Shown here one piece after another: positions 17,001-24,624 of a stretch of DNA of 40,696 nucleotides. The stretch is from positions 1 through 40,696 of the forward strand of contig JBMSGX010000001.1 of NCBI GenBank assembly GCA_049416285.1. The letters run 5' to 3'. Source of the stretch: Crocinitomicaceae bacterium. GTDB taxonomy: Bacteria > Bacteroidota > Bacteroidia > Flavobacteriales_D > Crocinitomicaceae. Made by a program: the position numbers and the translations under genes. The notes under the pieces are model-generated. The model had not been told where the DNA came from. It saw only the letters and a program-made list of their open reading frames with translations, and did not search any database. How positions within the stretch are numbered: position 1 is the stretch's first letter; the number at the start of each line of letters is the position of its first letter.

Positions 17001-19786
17001 GTGGTAATGGACCTCTATCCTACTCTTGGAGTAATGGATACACTGCTGAAGATATCTTCGGATTAAGTGCAGGAACTTACACTGTGACTGTCTCGGACGG
17101 ATCTGTTTGTGACTATGTTGAATCATTCACAGTAGCGAATACTTCTTCGGTAGTCTTGACATCGACTGTAACAGATGCAACATGTGGAAGCGCGAACGGG
17201 TCAATTGATCTAATGATCTCAGGAGGAACAGCACCATACGCTTTTGTTTGGAGCAACGGTCAGTTCACAGAAGACCTTTCAAATATAGCTGCAGGAGCAT
17301 ATACTGTAACGGTTACCGATGACACAGGATGTGAGTCAACTACCACAATTACTGTTGGAGACTCAAACGGTGGAATCACGATCAACGGTACAGTAACAGA
17401 TGAATTCTGTGGAGATGTGGACGGTGCGATCGATGTAACTGTGAACGGAGGAACTGCTCCTTACACTTACCAATGGAATAACGGTTCAACAAACGAAGAC
17501 CTTACTGCAATCGCTCAAGGAGGATATACAGTAACAGTTGCTGATCAAAATGGATGTTCTGAAACAGCAACATTCAACGTAGCATCTGAAGGTAACTTCA
17601 ACTACACGGTGAATATTACAAATGAAGACTGTATCGCAGCCAATGGAGCTGTTGACCTGGTGTTTGGAGGATTTGGACAACCAAATGACTTCTCATGGAG
17701 CAATGGCGCAACGACGCAGGATATCACTAACGTATCTACTGGATGGTATACGGTTGAAATGTCTTCAACATTTGGTCCTGGAGGAGGATGTACAATGGTG
17801 GACTCTTTCTTCGTTGATCAAAATATGGGGTCTTTAAATATTGACTCATTGGTAGTTTTAAATGAGACATGTAATCTTTCAGACGGAAGCATTAACGCAT
17901 TTATCTCTGGAGGTACAACACCATACTCTTATTCTTGGAGTAACGGAGCTACCACTGAAGATCTCGTAGGATTAAATGGTGGAACATACACGTTAACTGT
18001 AACAGATATTAACGGTTGTTCTTCAACGTCTACGGCATCTATTAGCAGCTACACATTTGGATTTGGTATTGCTGGTGCTTCGATCACGAACGAAGTTTGT
18101 GGAGACGGAACAGGTGCCATAGACATTACTGTTACCGGTGGTGTAACACCTTACTCATACGTTTGGTCTAACGCAGCCACAACAGAAGATCTAACAGGAT
18201 TGAATGCTGGAAACTACACTGTAACTGTTACGGATGCTGGAGGATGCGACGTGAATAATACATTCACTGTTGGAAACACAACAAATGGATTCAATGTTAG
18301 CTCAGTTGTTACGGATGAAACATGTGGTGACCTTAACGGTGCAATCGACCTTACTACCAATGGCGGTGTTGCTCCAATAACATTTAACTGGTCAACGGGT
18401 GCGACAACAGAAGATCTGACGGGTCTTACGGGCGGAACATATACTTGTACGATCACAGACAACACTGGGTGTGCAATCGTAATTACGGAAGATGTGATCT
18501 CTTACAGCTCGAACTTCGTCATGGGAACACCGACAATAACTGACGAGTCTTGCGGAGACGGCACTGGAGCAATTATTGTGAACCCAACTGGAGGAACAGC
18601 ACCACTTACCTACTCTTGGGGGTCATCGAACCCATGCTGTACATACACATTGAACATGTACGATCTAAATAACAATGGATGGGGAGGCACACCAATTCCA
18701 GAAGTTCTTGTATATCTAAACGGATCTCTGTTCGGAAACTTCACCGTTCCAGCAGGTAACGGAAACAGCTTTAATTCTGTTGACATTCCTGTGTGTGATG
18801 GTGATGTACTCGACTTCGAATACGTAGAAGCTGCTCAGAATCAGAACAACACTTATGAAGTACTCGATGGAAACGGTAACATCATCTTTGCTGACGGTCC
18901 GAATCCATTCAACGGAATTGCATTCACAACTACAGTAAGCTGTAGCCCAGGAGGCAGCAACTCTCTTACGGGTCTGAATGCAGGTGACTACTATCTTGAG
19001 ATCACCGATGCTGTGGGCTGTACAGTAGCGGACACATTCACTGTGGTTAATAACACTGGTGGATTTGGAATCAGCTCTGCGGTCATCACAGATGAGTCTT
19101 GTGAGCAAATGAACGGAGCGATCGACATCACTCTTCAAGGAGCTTCAATGCCTATTACTTACAGCTGGAATACAGGAGCCGGAGCACAAGACATTTCAGG
19201 CCTAGGAAGTGGGAATTATACAGTTACTGTAACAGACGGTACCGGATGCGAGGTGACAGAAACTTACACCGTGAACAATAACGGTAATGGTGTAAACCTA
19301 ATATCAGAGGCTGTAACAGACGCTACCTGCGCAACATGTAATGATGGGGCAATCGACATTGAAGTTGATCCTGCCGGAGCCCCTTATTCATTTGCTTGGA
19401 GCAACGGTGCGACGGATGAGGATCAGGTGGCACTGTTCCCAGGAACGTATACAGTAACAATAACTAATGCTGACGGATGTGACACAACAATCACATATGA
19501 AGTCTTGAACACAGCCGCTATCGATGAAATCGGTGATCTAATTATCCAGATCCACCCTAACCCATCGAATGGTATGATCGAGGTTTCATTTAGCAATGTC
19601 ATTGATAATGAAATGCAACTTACTGTTCACGATGCAGCAGGAAGAATTGTGATCGACAGAACGATGAACATGCATGGATCAGGTAAACGAGTATTAGACC
19701 TAAGAGAATTAAGCATGGGAACATATGTTCTGAAGCTGAGAGGAGAAACAAACTCCTACACGACTAGGATCGTGATACAACATTAA
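11030..19786 (+). CDS. Giant T9SS-secreted surface protein (about 2,918 aa)
   Basis: Single uninterrupted ORF with this domain order: signal peptide (MKFISRRFTLLFSALFICSVNFAQ), choice-of-anchor-L-like head (about 11105-11790), Calx-beta-like domain (11843-12058), one SprB-like repeat, proprotein-convertase P-domain-like module (12377-12910), about 26 SprB-type repeats, and a C-terminal Por_Secre_tail-like sorting domain (about 19540-19783, ...HPNPSNGMIEVSF...GTYVLKL...). Start moved from GTG 11003 to ATG 11030. Confidence 0.93.
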   Translation: MKFISRRFTLLFSALFICSVNFAQLSVNNGFTAQQLGNNLAGNNVNVFNATISGDPVQYGTFNYVGTDLGLNSGVILSTGDIFDAVGPNSSNQTSSNIGGPGDNDLTNLAGFNTNDAVVFEFDFEVQGDEIEFNFVFLSEEYNEFVNTGFNDVFAFYISGPGIVGQENLAVVPGTTTPVTINTINNGSFFQFYNDNENGAVNIEFDGFTTLMTAFKDGLQQCGIYTLSLRIADGSDSALDSGVLLQENSLVQAGISASSSTFSANNTALEGCIEASFTFQLDSALNQPVNIPISIGGTATNGVDYSFIDSMITIPPGQTSATLIIDAIADGLPEGQEVVELYYTPSPCQPQDTVFLYIDDYTPLEYEVFPTDVTCAGTADGTVDLSVTGGIAPYTLTLTDSITGDQTVHTTFPVVGLDQGTYYVEVIDGYGCTAEDIVAGNLFDAGTTFIPDGAGQSYSSQINLSGFGGTATVQTADQIQSVCATLEHSKIGELLITLTSPDGTQVILKEQPGGNNTNLGEPCALGPTDGGQGNINTDPGIGYNYCWQNISTFGTMVAESGNYTYTYTNPCDGSQQSDKYLPSGSYQPYESFDNFIGAQLNGNWTIEVTDNIPNNNGYIFDWSISLMADPPDSVFTINEPAGPTFAHTSVDPDCGGTNGSIDLTVTGGDAPFTFLWSNGATTEDLAGIGAGTYTVDVTDNNLCVHSYQVNLSNNGSLIVSGVSTNETCVDADNGSIDLTVAGGTAPINYSWSNGETTEDVFNLAPGNYTVNVSDATGCQGVASFMVEQAANINIAANITNENCGDQEGIIDITVFGTAAPTSYSWSNGDITEDIDELAQGTYIVNLTDGNGCIATDTFTVINLVGNCVPDCDLAITNSTVNNENCGNVDGNINLTVFTTNGPASYIWSNGATTEDLSGLAAGTYDVTITDLEGCEVMDVFTVTNSTGGLAITSINTTNEYCGNGQGAADATITGGAQPYTYAWSNGAITQDLSGVAAGTYTLTVTDDNGCSAVQSVDIINDAGNLAQTYGNAVDEVCSNGSGSIDIIIEGGQQPYSYNWSNGATTEDLVGLSAGTYSCTITDAGGCAISTPVYTVSNQSGTLAITSVDVDNEVCSNNAGSIEILISGGVAPYMFSWNNGETTQDIFNLSAGTFEATVTDDSGCSVSTGNLNLINESGTLNLVGITAFDELCGNGTGSINLEVTGGTAPLSYSWSNGSNSEDLTNVSAGNYTVIVNDINGCSVTGSETVNNDPGVLNIDNIIVTNENCGGMDGALDAIVSGAAMPATYAWSNGATTEDLTGLGAGTYILEVIDLNGCSTTASATLANIANGITLTNSQVTNEICGDVTGAIQLEITGGTLPYTYSWSNGATTEDLSGLSAGTYTCTITDNTGCSIVAGPFTVNNSTGGLNVTLASSTDETCSDASGAIDVTITGGTAPYSYSWNSGQTTEDISGLISGTYSITVTDASGCTDQLTVTISNTAGTLAITDISSTDELCTGANGAIDITVAGGTPGYTYAWSNAAVTEDLTGFSAGIYDVTVTDLNGCSVSSGPITVNNSAGNFQVTGINVVNENCGDGLGNVDLIVSGASGTVTYTWSNGATSQDLNNVPAGSYSGTATDVAGCTVTFSATVQNDPGIMTVSDVISNTTCGSNNGSIDITVNDGTGPFTYVWSNGATTEDIFGLIPGTYICNVTDANGCTVDYSGTVLDEGGPVINSVSSTDESCSNSNGSITLNVSGGTQPYTYSWTGPPVNPCCTYTLDMQDQGNSWNGASIDVFIDGVLEGNYTVPGGGANIETFPVCNGQNIELVWNQGGFDNEVSFDMLDGSGTVVFSQGGSPTPGTIYTGAATCAGGILDSSTEAGLSAGTYNVIVTDANGCEDSVTVVLQNGSGNLQFTNAVATDETCSDANGVIDISVTGTAPFTYSWSNSATTEDLSGLSAGTYTVDVTDPNGCAIQETFTLTNITNGLTITSSTVTDENCGDATGAIDITPTGGNGPLSYSWSNGYTAEDIFGLSAGTYTVTVSDGSVCDYVESFTVANTSSVVLTSTVTDATCGSANGSIDLMISGGTAPYAFVWSNGQFTEDLSNIAAGAYTVTVTDDTGCESTTTITVGDSNGGITINGTVTDEFCGDVDGAIDVTVNGGTAPYTYQWNNGSTNEDLTAIAQGGYTVTVADQNGCSETATFNVASEGNFNYTVNITNEDCIAANGAVDLVFGGFGQPNDFSWSNGATTQDITNVSTGWYTVEMSSTFGPGGGCTMVDSFFVDQNMGSLNIDSLVVLNETCNLSDGSINAFISGGTTPYSYSWSNGATTEDLVGLNGGTYTLTVTDINGCSSTSTASISSYTFGFGIAGASITNEVCGDGTGAIDITVTGGVTPYSYVWSNAATTEDLTGLNAGNYTVTVTDAGGCDVNNTFTVGNTTNGFNVSSVVTDETCGDLNGAIDLTTNGGVAPITFNWSTGATTEDLTGLTGGTYTCTITDNTGCAIVITEDVISYSSNFVMGTPTITDESCGDGTGAIIVNPTGGTAPLTYSWGSSNPCCTYTLNMYDLNNNGWGGTPIPEVLVYLNGSLFGNFTVPAGNGNSFNSVDIPVCDGDVLDFEYVEAAQNQNNTYEVLDGNGNIIFADGPNPFNGIAFTTTVSCSPGGSNSLTGLNAGDYYLEITDAVGCTVADTFTVVNNTGGFGISSAVITDESCEQMNGAIDITLQGASMPITYSWNTGAGAQDISGLGSGNYTVTVTDGTGCEVTETYTVNNNGNGVNLISEAVTDATCATCNDGAIDIEVDPAGAPYSFAWSNGATDEDQVALFPGTYTVTITNADGCDTTITYEVLNTAAIDEIGDLIIQIHPNPSNGMIEVSFSNVIDNEMQLTVHDAAGRIVIDRTMNMHGSGKRVLDLRELSMGTYVLKLRGETNSYTTRIVIQH
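12989..19480 (+). repeat. In-frame tandem array of about 26 SprB-type repeats (74-82 aa, 222-246 bp period)
   Basis: Recurrent pattern C-x-x-x-x-G-x-I-D-(I/L)-T-V-x-G-G-x-x-P-(Y/F)-x-(Y/F)-x-W-S-N-G-A-T-T-E-D-L-x-G-L-x-A-G-T-Y-x-V-x-V-T-D-x-x-G-C. Spacing was measured between successive TGG (Trp) codons at 13055, 13280, 13502 and 13748. Copies are diverged at the DNA level. Confidence 0.9.
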
Positions 19787-19790
19787 AAGA

Positions 19791-19817
19791 AAAGCCTCCT
19801 GAAAAGGGGGCTTTTTT
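19791..19817. terminator. Bidirectional rho-independent terminator between convergent genes
   Basis: Stem AAGCCTCC/GGGGGCTT (one G-U pair) with loop TGAAAA. An A-run lies upstream and a T-run downstream. The T-run overlaps the stop codon of the minus-strand ABC ATPase gene. Confidence 0.7.
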
Positions 19818-20484
19818 ATATGATCAATCCATCACCCATGGTGATGATCCTATCTGTTCGTTCGGCAAAATCCGTATCGTGAGTCACTACCAATAATGAC
19901 AACCCCTCCTCTTCTGCAAGTTCTTTAAAGATATTGAACACATTATCTGAGTTCTTACTGTCAAGATTTCCTGTTGGCTCATCTCCCATGATAATACTTG
20001 GACTGTTTATCAAGGCACGGGCAATTGCGACACGCTGTTTTTGTCCACCTGAAATACGACTAGACAGTTTTTTCGCTTGATCTTCAATTCCAAGCAAGCG
20101 CAGTTTCTCATAAGCGTCATGCTCTATCTCCGCTAATGATTTTAGCCCGAGTTTTTTCGCAGGTAACATTACATTTTCCATTACCGTAAACTCAGCCAAC
20201 AAATAATGAAACTGAAATACGAAACCAATCTCTTTACTGCGCAAAAGAGCAAGTTCATCTGCTGTTCTACCAGTAACCAGCTCATTGTTCAAGAATAACT
20301 CACCCTTGTAGTCCGTATCCATGGTGGAAAGAATATAGAGAAGTGTCGATTTACCGCAACCCGACTTCCCCATAATGGATACGAATTCACCAGAGTTTAC
20401 ATGCAACGAGATATCCTTAAGCACATGAAATTCAACAGGCTTGTAGAAATACTTATTGATATTTTTCGCTTCCAATACCTTCAT
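19816..20484 (-). CDS. ABC transporter ATP-binding protein (LolD/MacB-ATPase-like)
   Basis: 222 aa. Walker [10 protein letters not shown], signature SGGQKQR, Walker [13 protein letters not shown] overlap with the upstream permease gene. Confidence 0.93.
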   Translation of the reverse strand: MKVLEAKNINKYFYKPVEFHVLKDISLHVNSGEFVSIMGKSGCGKSTLLYILSTMDTDYKGELFLNNELVTGRTADELALLRSKEIGFVFQFHYLLAEFTVMENVMLPAKKLGLKSLAEIEHDAYEKLRLLGIEDQAKKLSSRISGGQKQRVAIARALINSPSIIMGDEPTGNLDSKNSDNVFNIFKELAEEEGLSLLVVTHDTDFAERTDRIITMGDGLII

Positions 20485-21770
20485 TGCCCTCTAATAATTT
20501 CAACAGGATCGATGTTCTTCGCCTTTCTTGCCGGAAGATATCCTGCTAAATAAGTGGAAACCAATGCGAACACAATCCCAATAACATAGAACATCGGATC
20601 AAAATTCACAGGCATAGTCGTAATAGTAGGCAACGCTTCCGTCTCAAATGGAGCTCTGTCAATTGCTACAGAGGCGAAATAACCTACAACGAGCCCGAGT
20701 GCACCTCCAAACATTCCAATGATCATAGCCTGACTTATAAATATTCGTTGAACATCTTTACCGGAAAAACCAGTCGCTTTCAAAATGGCAATATCATTCA
20801 TCTTCTCATAAATGAACATATTAAGAATGTTATAAATCCCAAATCCAGCGACCAACAATAAGGTTATCGACACCGCATAGGAAATCAGATTTCGTATGTA
20901 CGTACCTGTTTCAAATTGAGCATTAGCTGTTTGAATATCCACTGCTCTAACACCAAATTTATTCGAGAGCTCCTTTGCCATGGCCGGTGCTAGCTCCATG
21001 TTGTTTAGCTTAACATTGAGATCGGTAATATAACTGATCGATTCCCCCATGATCTGTTGAGCCGTCTTTAGATTGATGTAGCTTTGAATGTTGTCGACTT
21101 CCGCTAATCCTGACTGGTAAAAACCGACAATCTTTAACGAGAAGATATCACCCTGCACCGTGCCGATTTGAACATAATCACCAAGATTGAGTGAAAGTTT
21201 TTTAGCAACTCCCTTTCCAATTAGAATTCCTTTTTCAGAGGTAGCCAGGGCTTGAACAGAACCCTCAACGATATAATCCGACAAATTATACAATCTAGAT
21301 TCTTCCATCACATCTACCCCAAGTAATGCAGCACTTAACTGTGATGAGCCGGCAAGATAAAAACCTTGCGCTTTAACCATAGGTGTCGCCCCCATTACTT
21401 CTTTGCGTTCATTAAGCAAATGCATAATTGGTAAAGCATTATGAATACGTATCTGGCTTTGTTTTGGCTTTACTGAATGTACAACTCTATGCTGTTCTTT
21501 ATGCTCATCTACGAGATCGATAGGTTGAATTTCACTCGGAACATCCTCATTGTACAAATGAACATGTGGAGTTCTATTTAAGATCATCCCATCCAACAAA
21601 CTGTTCAATCCAGTCATATAACTCATCATGATGACATATGCACCTATTCCGAAAGTAACACCCAAGGATGCCACGATCGTTTGCTTCTTGCGAGAAAGCA
21701 AGTGAGTTTTCGATATGGAAAGGATTACCCGTAGCTTCAAGTTACTCCGGTTTATAGATCGTTTCTCCAA
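20481..21770 (-). CDS. ABC transporter permease, FtsX/LolC-E-like
   Basis: 429 aa. N-terminal TM, a large periplasmic domain, and a C-terminal FtsX-type 3-TM bundle (...ILKATGFSGKDVQRIF...). The ATG start overlaps the adaptor gene by 29 nt. An alternative TTG at 21740 lies directly after the adaptor stop. Confidence 0.9.
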   Translation of the reverse strand: MEKRSINRSNLKLRVILSISKTHLLSRKKQTIVASLGVTFGIGAYVIMMSYMTGLNSLLDGMILNRTPHVHLYNEDVPSEIQPIDLVDEHKEQHRVVHSVKPKQSQIRIHNALPIMHLLNERKEVMGATPMVKAQGFYLAGSSQLSAALLGVDVMEESRLYNLSDYIVEGSVQALATSEKGILIGKGVAKKLSLNLGDYVQIGTVQGDIFSLKIVGFYQSGLAEVDNIQSYINLKTAQQIMGESISYITDLNVKLNNMELAPAMAKELSNKFGVRAVDIQTANAQFETGTYIRNLISYAVSITLLLVAGFGIYNILNMFIYEKMNDIAILKATGFSGKDVQRIFISQAMIIGMFGGALGLVVGYFASVAIDRAPFETEALPTITTMPVNFDPMFYVIGIVFALVSTYLAGYLPARKAKNIDPVEIIRGQ

Positions 21771-22830
21771 CTTTGACCCCTTCCAAGACCTCTACTTCAT
21801 TTAAGCTACGAACACCGAGCTTTAGCTTGATCATTCCTTCAGGCGTTTCCACCTGATTATCATCAATAAGGTAAGTTAATGGAATCATGACTACCCCTTC
21901 TCTTTCCTTCACAACAATATTCCCTTCACCTGTAAGGCCGAGGTACAGTTTCTTCGGGGCCTGGATAAACACCCCATCCAATGCAAATGTCTGCGTTCGT
22001 TCGTCCATCTTTGGGGTAATGTGCGTTACTCTACCCTCAAAAACCTGCCCTCTGTATGCCTCAAGATGAACATAGATCTTTTGCCCAACATGTACACGAG
22101 TGATATCGACTTCATCTACTTTCATTTTTATCACAAATTCATCACCTGACCCTATCACTGATAATGGCTCCTGTGTCATTACGAGCTCCCCCTCTTCTTT
22201 ATATACTTCATAGACGATGCCATCTATTTCAGAACGAATTACTGCATCTGAAGTTCGTGATAAACTACTGGTGTACGTATTCTTGGCTTGCTCCAATGAT
22301 GTTCTTAACTCAGCCTGTGTGCGCTTTATTCTTTTCTTGATCAACTCGTGTGTGTTCTGCGATGCCTTGTACTGTAATTCACTGCTTTCAAATTCGACAG
22401 AAGTAATGGCCCCATTTGCAAATAGCTCCTTGTTTCTGTAAAAATTCAATGAGTCATTTCTTCTCTTGAGTCCCGCACTATTCAATTCCAGTTCAAGATC
22501 ATCCAGCACATTGATCTCACCAGAATAACTTTTCTTAGCAAGCTGGTAAGCCAATTTTGCATTTTCAGAATTCGCATTCGACTGAACGTCTACGATCGTG
22601 AATAAAACATCACCTTTCTTTACCGAATCTCCAGGCTTTACAAAAATCTCGTCTATATGACCAGCGATCAACGCATTCACCTGATACAGACCCTTAGGTT
22701 CCAAGGAGACACTACTATAGACAGACTCTACAATGTTTCCAGACTTTACTTCATGGCCCTCACGCTCCTCTCCGCATGAAGATAGCACTAGCAAAAACAT
22801 GGTTCCGTATAAAAATGATTTCACCTTCAT
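21742..22830 (-). CDS. HlyD-family periplasmic adaptor lipoprotein
   Basis: Lipobox LSSC, biotinyl-lipoyl-like hairpin (GHIDEIFVKPGDSVKKGDVLFTI), a coiled-coil and a beta-barrel domain. Start taken at the Met of MKVKSFLYG... (the ORF track extends to 22842). Confidence 0.88.
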   Translation of the reverse strand: MKVKSFLYGTMFLLVLSSCGEEREGHEVKSGNIVESVYSSVSLEPKGLYQVNALIAGHIDEIFVKPGDSVKKGDVLFTIVDVQSNANSENAKLAYQLAKKSYSGEINVLDDLELELNSAGLKRRNDSLNFYRNKELFANGAITSVEFESSELQYKASQNTHELIKKRIKRTQAELRTSLEQAKNTYTSSLSRTSDAVIRSEIDGIVYEVYKEEGELVMTQEPLSVIGSGDEFVIKMKVDEVDITRVHVGQKIYVHLEAYRGQVFEGRVTHITPKMDERTQTFALDGVFIQAPKKLYLGLTGEGNIVVKEREGVVMIPLTYLIDDNQVETPEGMIKLKLGVRSLNEVEVLEGVKVGETIYKPE

Positions 22831-22898
22831 TAAATCTCTCATGTTTCGAAATTACAATTACCTTACAATAGTAATTATGACTTACATCAACTTTCGCA

Positions 22899-23573
22899 AT
22901 GATATCGGAATATATTGAAAATTTAACACGCGCTTTTGATAATCAGCGAAATGATTCAATTGCTCAGCAACAAAAGTCGTACTTGAAGGGTCAATTTGAA
23001 TTTTTCGGATTAAAAACGCCTTTGAGAAGAGAAATTCAGAAACCTTTTTTTCGGCCAGAATATCTTCCGACGAAAAGCGAAGCGATTCAAATCACCAAGA
23101 TCCTTTGGGAAAAACCGGAACGAGAATTCCATTATTTCGGACAGGAATTAATGATGCAGTTTAAAAATAAGCTTGACGAAGAAGACCTGGAGTTTATTGA
23201 ATATATGATCACTCATAATTCTTGGTGGGACACCGTCGATATGATCGCCAGTCATATAGCAGGAGCTTACTTTAAAAAGTATCCGGGAAAGAAACGTGAA
23301 TTGATGCTAAGATGGTCTATAAGTGATCATATGTGGATACGAAGAACGTCCATCATCTTTCAACTAAAATATAAAGACGAAACAGACAAAGAATTACTTG
23401 CGCAGGTAATAGAGAACAACCTTGGTTCAAAAGAATTCTTCATAAACAAAGCGATTGGATGGGCCCTACGCACCTACAGTGCGATTGATCCTGAATGGGT
23501 GAAAGAATTCGTGGAAAATCACCAAAATCTATCACATTTGAGCAAAAAGGAAGCTTTACGTTCAATCAGTTAA
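22899..23573 (+). CDS. DNA alkylation repair protein (AlkD-like HEAT-repeat glycosylase family)
   Basis: 224 aa. QQKSYLKGQFEFFGLKTPLRREI and NSWWDTVDMIA/WIRRTSIIFQL motifs characteristic of the DNA alkylation repair enzyme family. Confidence 0.85.
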   Translation: MISEYIENLTRAFDNQRNDSIAQQQKSYLKGQFEFFGLKTPLRREIQKPFFRPEYLPTKSEAIQITKILWEKPEREFHYFGQELMMQFKNKLDEEDLEFIEYMITHNSWWDTVDMIASHIAGAYFKKYPGKKRELMLRWSISDHMWIRRTSIIFQLKYKDETDKELLAQVIENNLGSKEFFINKAIGWALRTYSAIDPEWVKEFVENHQNLSHLSKKEALRSIS

Positions 23574-24138
23574 TACGACGAAAGGTAAAATTAAGTCGTG
23601 GCGCTAAAGGCTTTTTAGTTTTTCTAATCTCGTGCTTCCAAGAATGCTGCAATCGACCTTTCATTATTAATAAAGAACCATGCTGTAAAAGCACTCGTAA
23701 TTTGCGATCTCCGTTGTTTTCTTTAAAAATGATTTCTCTTTCTGCGCCATAACTTACACTTGCTATTGTCGGACAATCACCTAGCTCCGGCTCATTGTCT
23801 GCATGTAGTCCCATGCTGTCAGAACCGTCTCTGTATAAATTGATCAAAACAGAATTGAACTCCGCGTTTAAGTAACGGTTCAACAATGATCGTATTTCCT
23901 TGGAAACTGGGCTCCACGGTTCCGCTACGTACTCCTTCCTACTGTAAATGTAAGATACATTTGGGTCACCTTCAAAACGAAGTAATCTAGGCTGTAGATA
24001 CTCCTTACCAAATAATTTAATGGTATCCTGAATTAAAAGGTCCACTTGGAACCAGTTGACCACTTCTCTATCTCTCTTATGATCAAAGTTTTCGATCAGA
24101 AAAATTTGCCCGGTGTTGTCATTTAATAGTTCCCTCAT
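23566..24138 (-). CDS. alkB: Alpha-ketoglutarate-dependent dioxygenase AlkB
   Basis: 190 aa. 2OG-Fe(II) oxygenase motifs HADNE ... H (HSWKH) and RLNFTFRRI (RxNxTxR). Confidence 0.9.
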   Translation of the reverse strand: MRELLNDNTGQIFLIENFDHKRDREVVNWFQVDLLIQDTIKLFGKEYLQPRLLRFEGDPNVSYIYSRKEYVAEPWSPVSKEIRSLLNRYLNAEFNSVLINLYRDGSDSMGLHADNEPELGDCPTIASVSYGAEREIIFKENNGDRKLRVLLQHGSLLIMKGRLQHSWKHEIRKTKKPLAPRLNFTFRRIN

Positions 24139-24212
24139 GTGAAAGTTTGTTTAAACTTTTGTTTATTCTGTTTAACATTTCTATCTTTACATTAAACAAT
24201 TTAAGAAACGAT

Positions 24213-24620
24213 TTGAAAACAGCAATCATTCGAAAGGCACATTTTAATGCAGCTCATCGACTTCACAACCCCAGATGGTCAGCTGAAAAGAACCGCGAGA
24301 TCTTTGGAAAATGCAATAACCCGAACTTTCACGGACACAATTATGTCTTGGAAGTGAAAATCATAGGGGACGTGGATCCACAAACAGGATATGTGATGGA
24401 CATTAAAGAGTTGAAGGAAATCATTAATAGTGAGGTTACGGATAAATACGATCACAAGAATTTAAATCTTGACGTAGCCGACTTCGCTGAGGTGAATCCC
24501 ACTGCCGAGAATATTGCCGCAGTGATTTATAGAAACATTAAGAATCGACTAGAACAGAATTTTGAATTAAAAGTAAGATTATATGAAACTGAACGGAACA
24601 TTGTTGAATACCCAGCCTAG
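24213..24620 (+). CDS. queD: 6-carboxytetrahydropterin / 6-pyruvoyl-tetrahydropterin synthase
   Basis: KAHFNAAHRL and CNNPNFHGHNY (Cx3HGH) motifs. I use TTG 24213, which gives MKTAIIRKAHF... and 135 aa, a typical family length. The 22 extra residues from ATG 24147 are AT-rich, low-complexity sequence that would leave 8 bp between divergent genes. Confidence 0.85.
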   Translation: MKTAIIRKAHFNAAHRLHNPRWSAEKNREIFGKCNNPNFHGHNYVLEVKIIGDVDPQTGYVMDIKELKEIINSEVTDKYDHKNLNLDVADFAEVNPTAENIAAVIYRNIKNRLEQNFELKVRLYETERNIVEYPA

Positions 24621-24624
24621 GGAA

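Noticed and set aside
13277-19138. Many 60-140 aa ORFs antisense or out of frame within the giant gene (e.g. 13277-13546, 13778-13999, 14258-14625, 15832-16098, 16792-16992, 17486-17680, 18214-18465, 18716-19138)
   Set aside because: They are shadow ORFs produced by the repetitive, stop-poor composition of the coding strand. Their translations are low-complexity and Cys/Ser/Val-rich, with no domain features.
12989-19480. Regular sequence periodicity of about 225-245 bp that could be mistaken for a CRISPR array or satellite DNA
   Set aside because: The periodic units are in frame within one long ORF and are diverged rather than identical. They have no unique spacers and translate into SprB-type protein repeats.
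24147-24212. 22-codon N-terminal extension of queD that looks like a signal peptide (MFKLLFILFNISIFTL...)
   Set aside because: It arises from AT-rich promoter DNA. It would leave 8 bp between divergent start codons, and PTPS/QueD is cytoplasmic. Family members begin close to the KAHFNAAHRL motif, and a TTG start at 24213 fits that.
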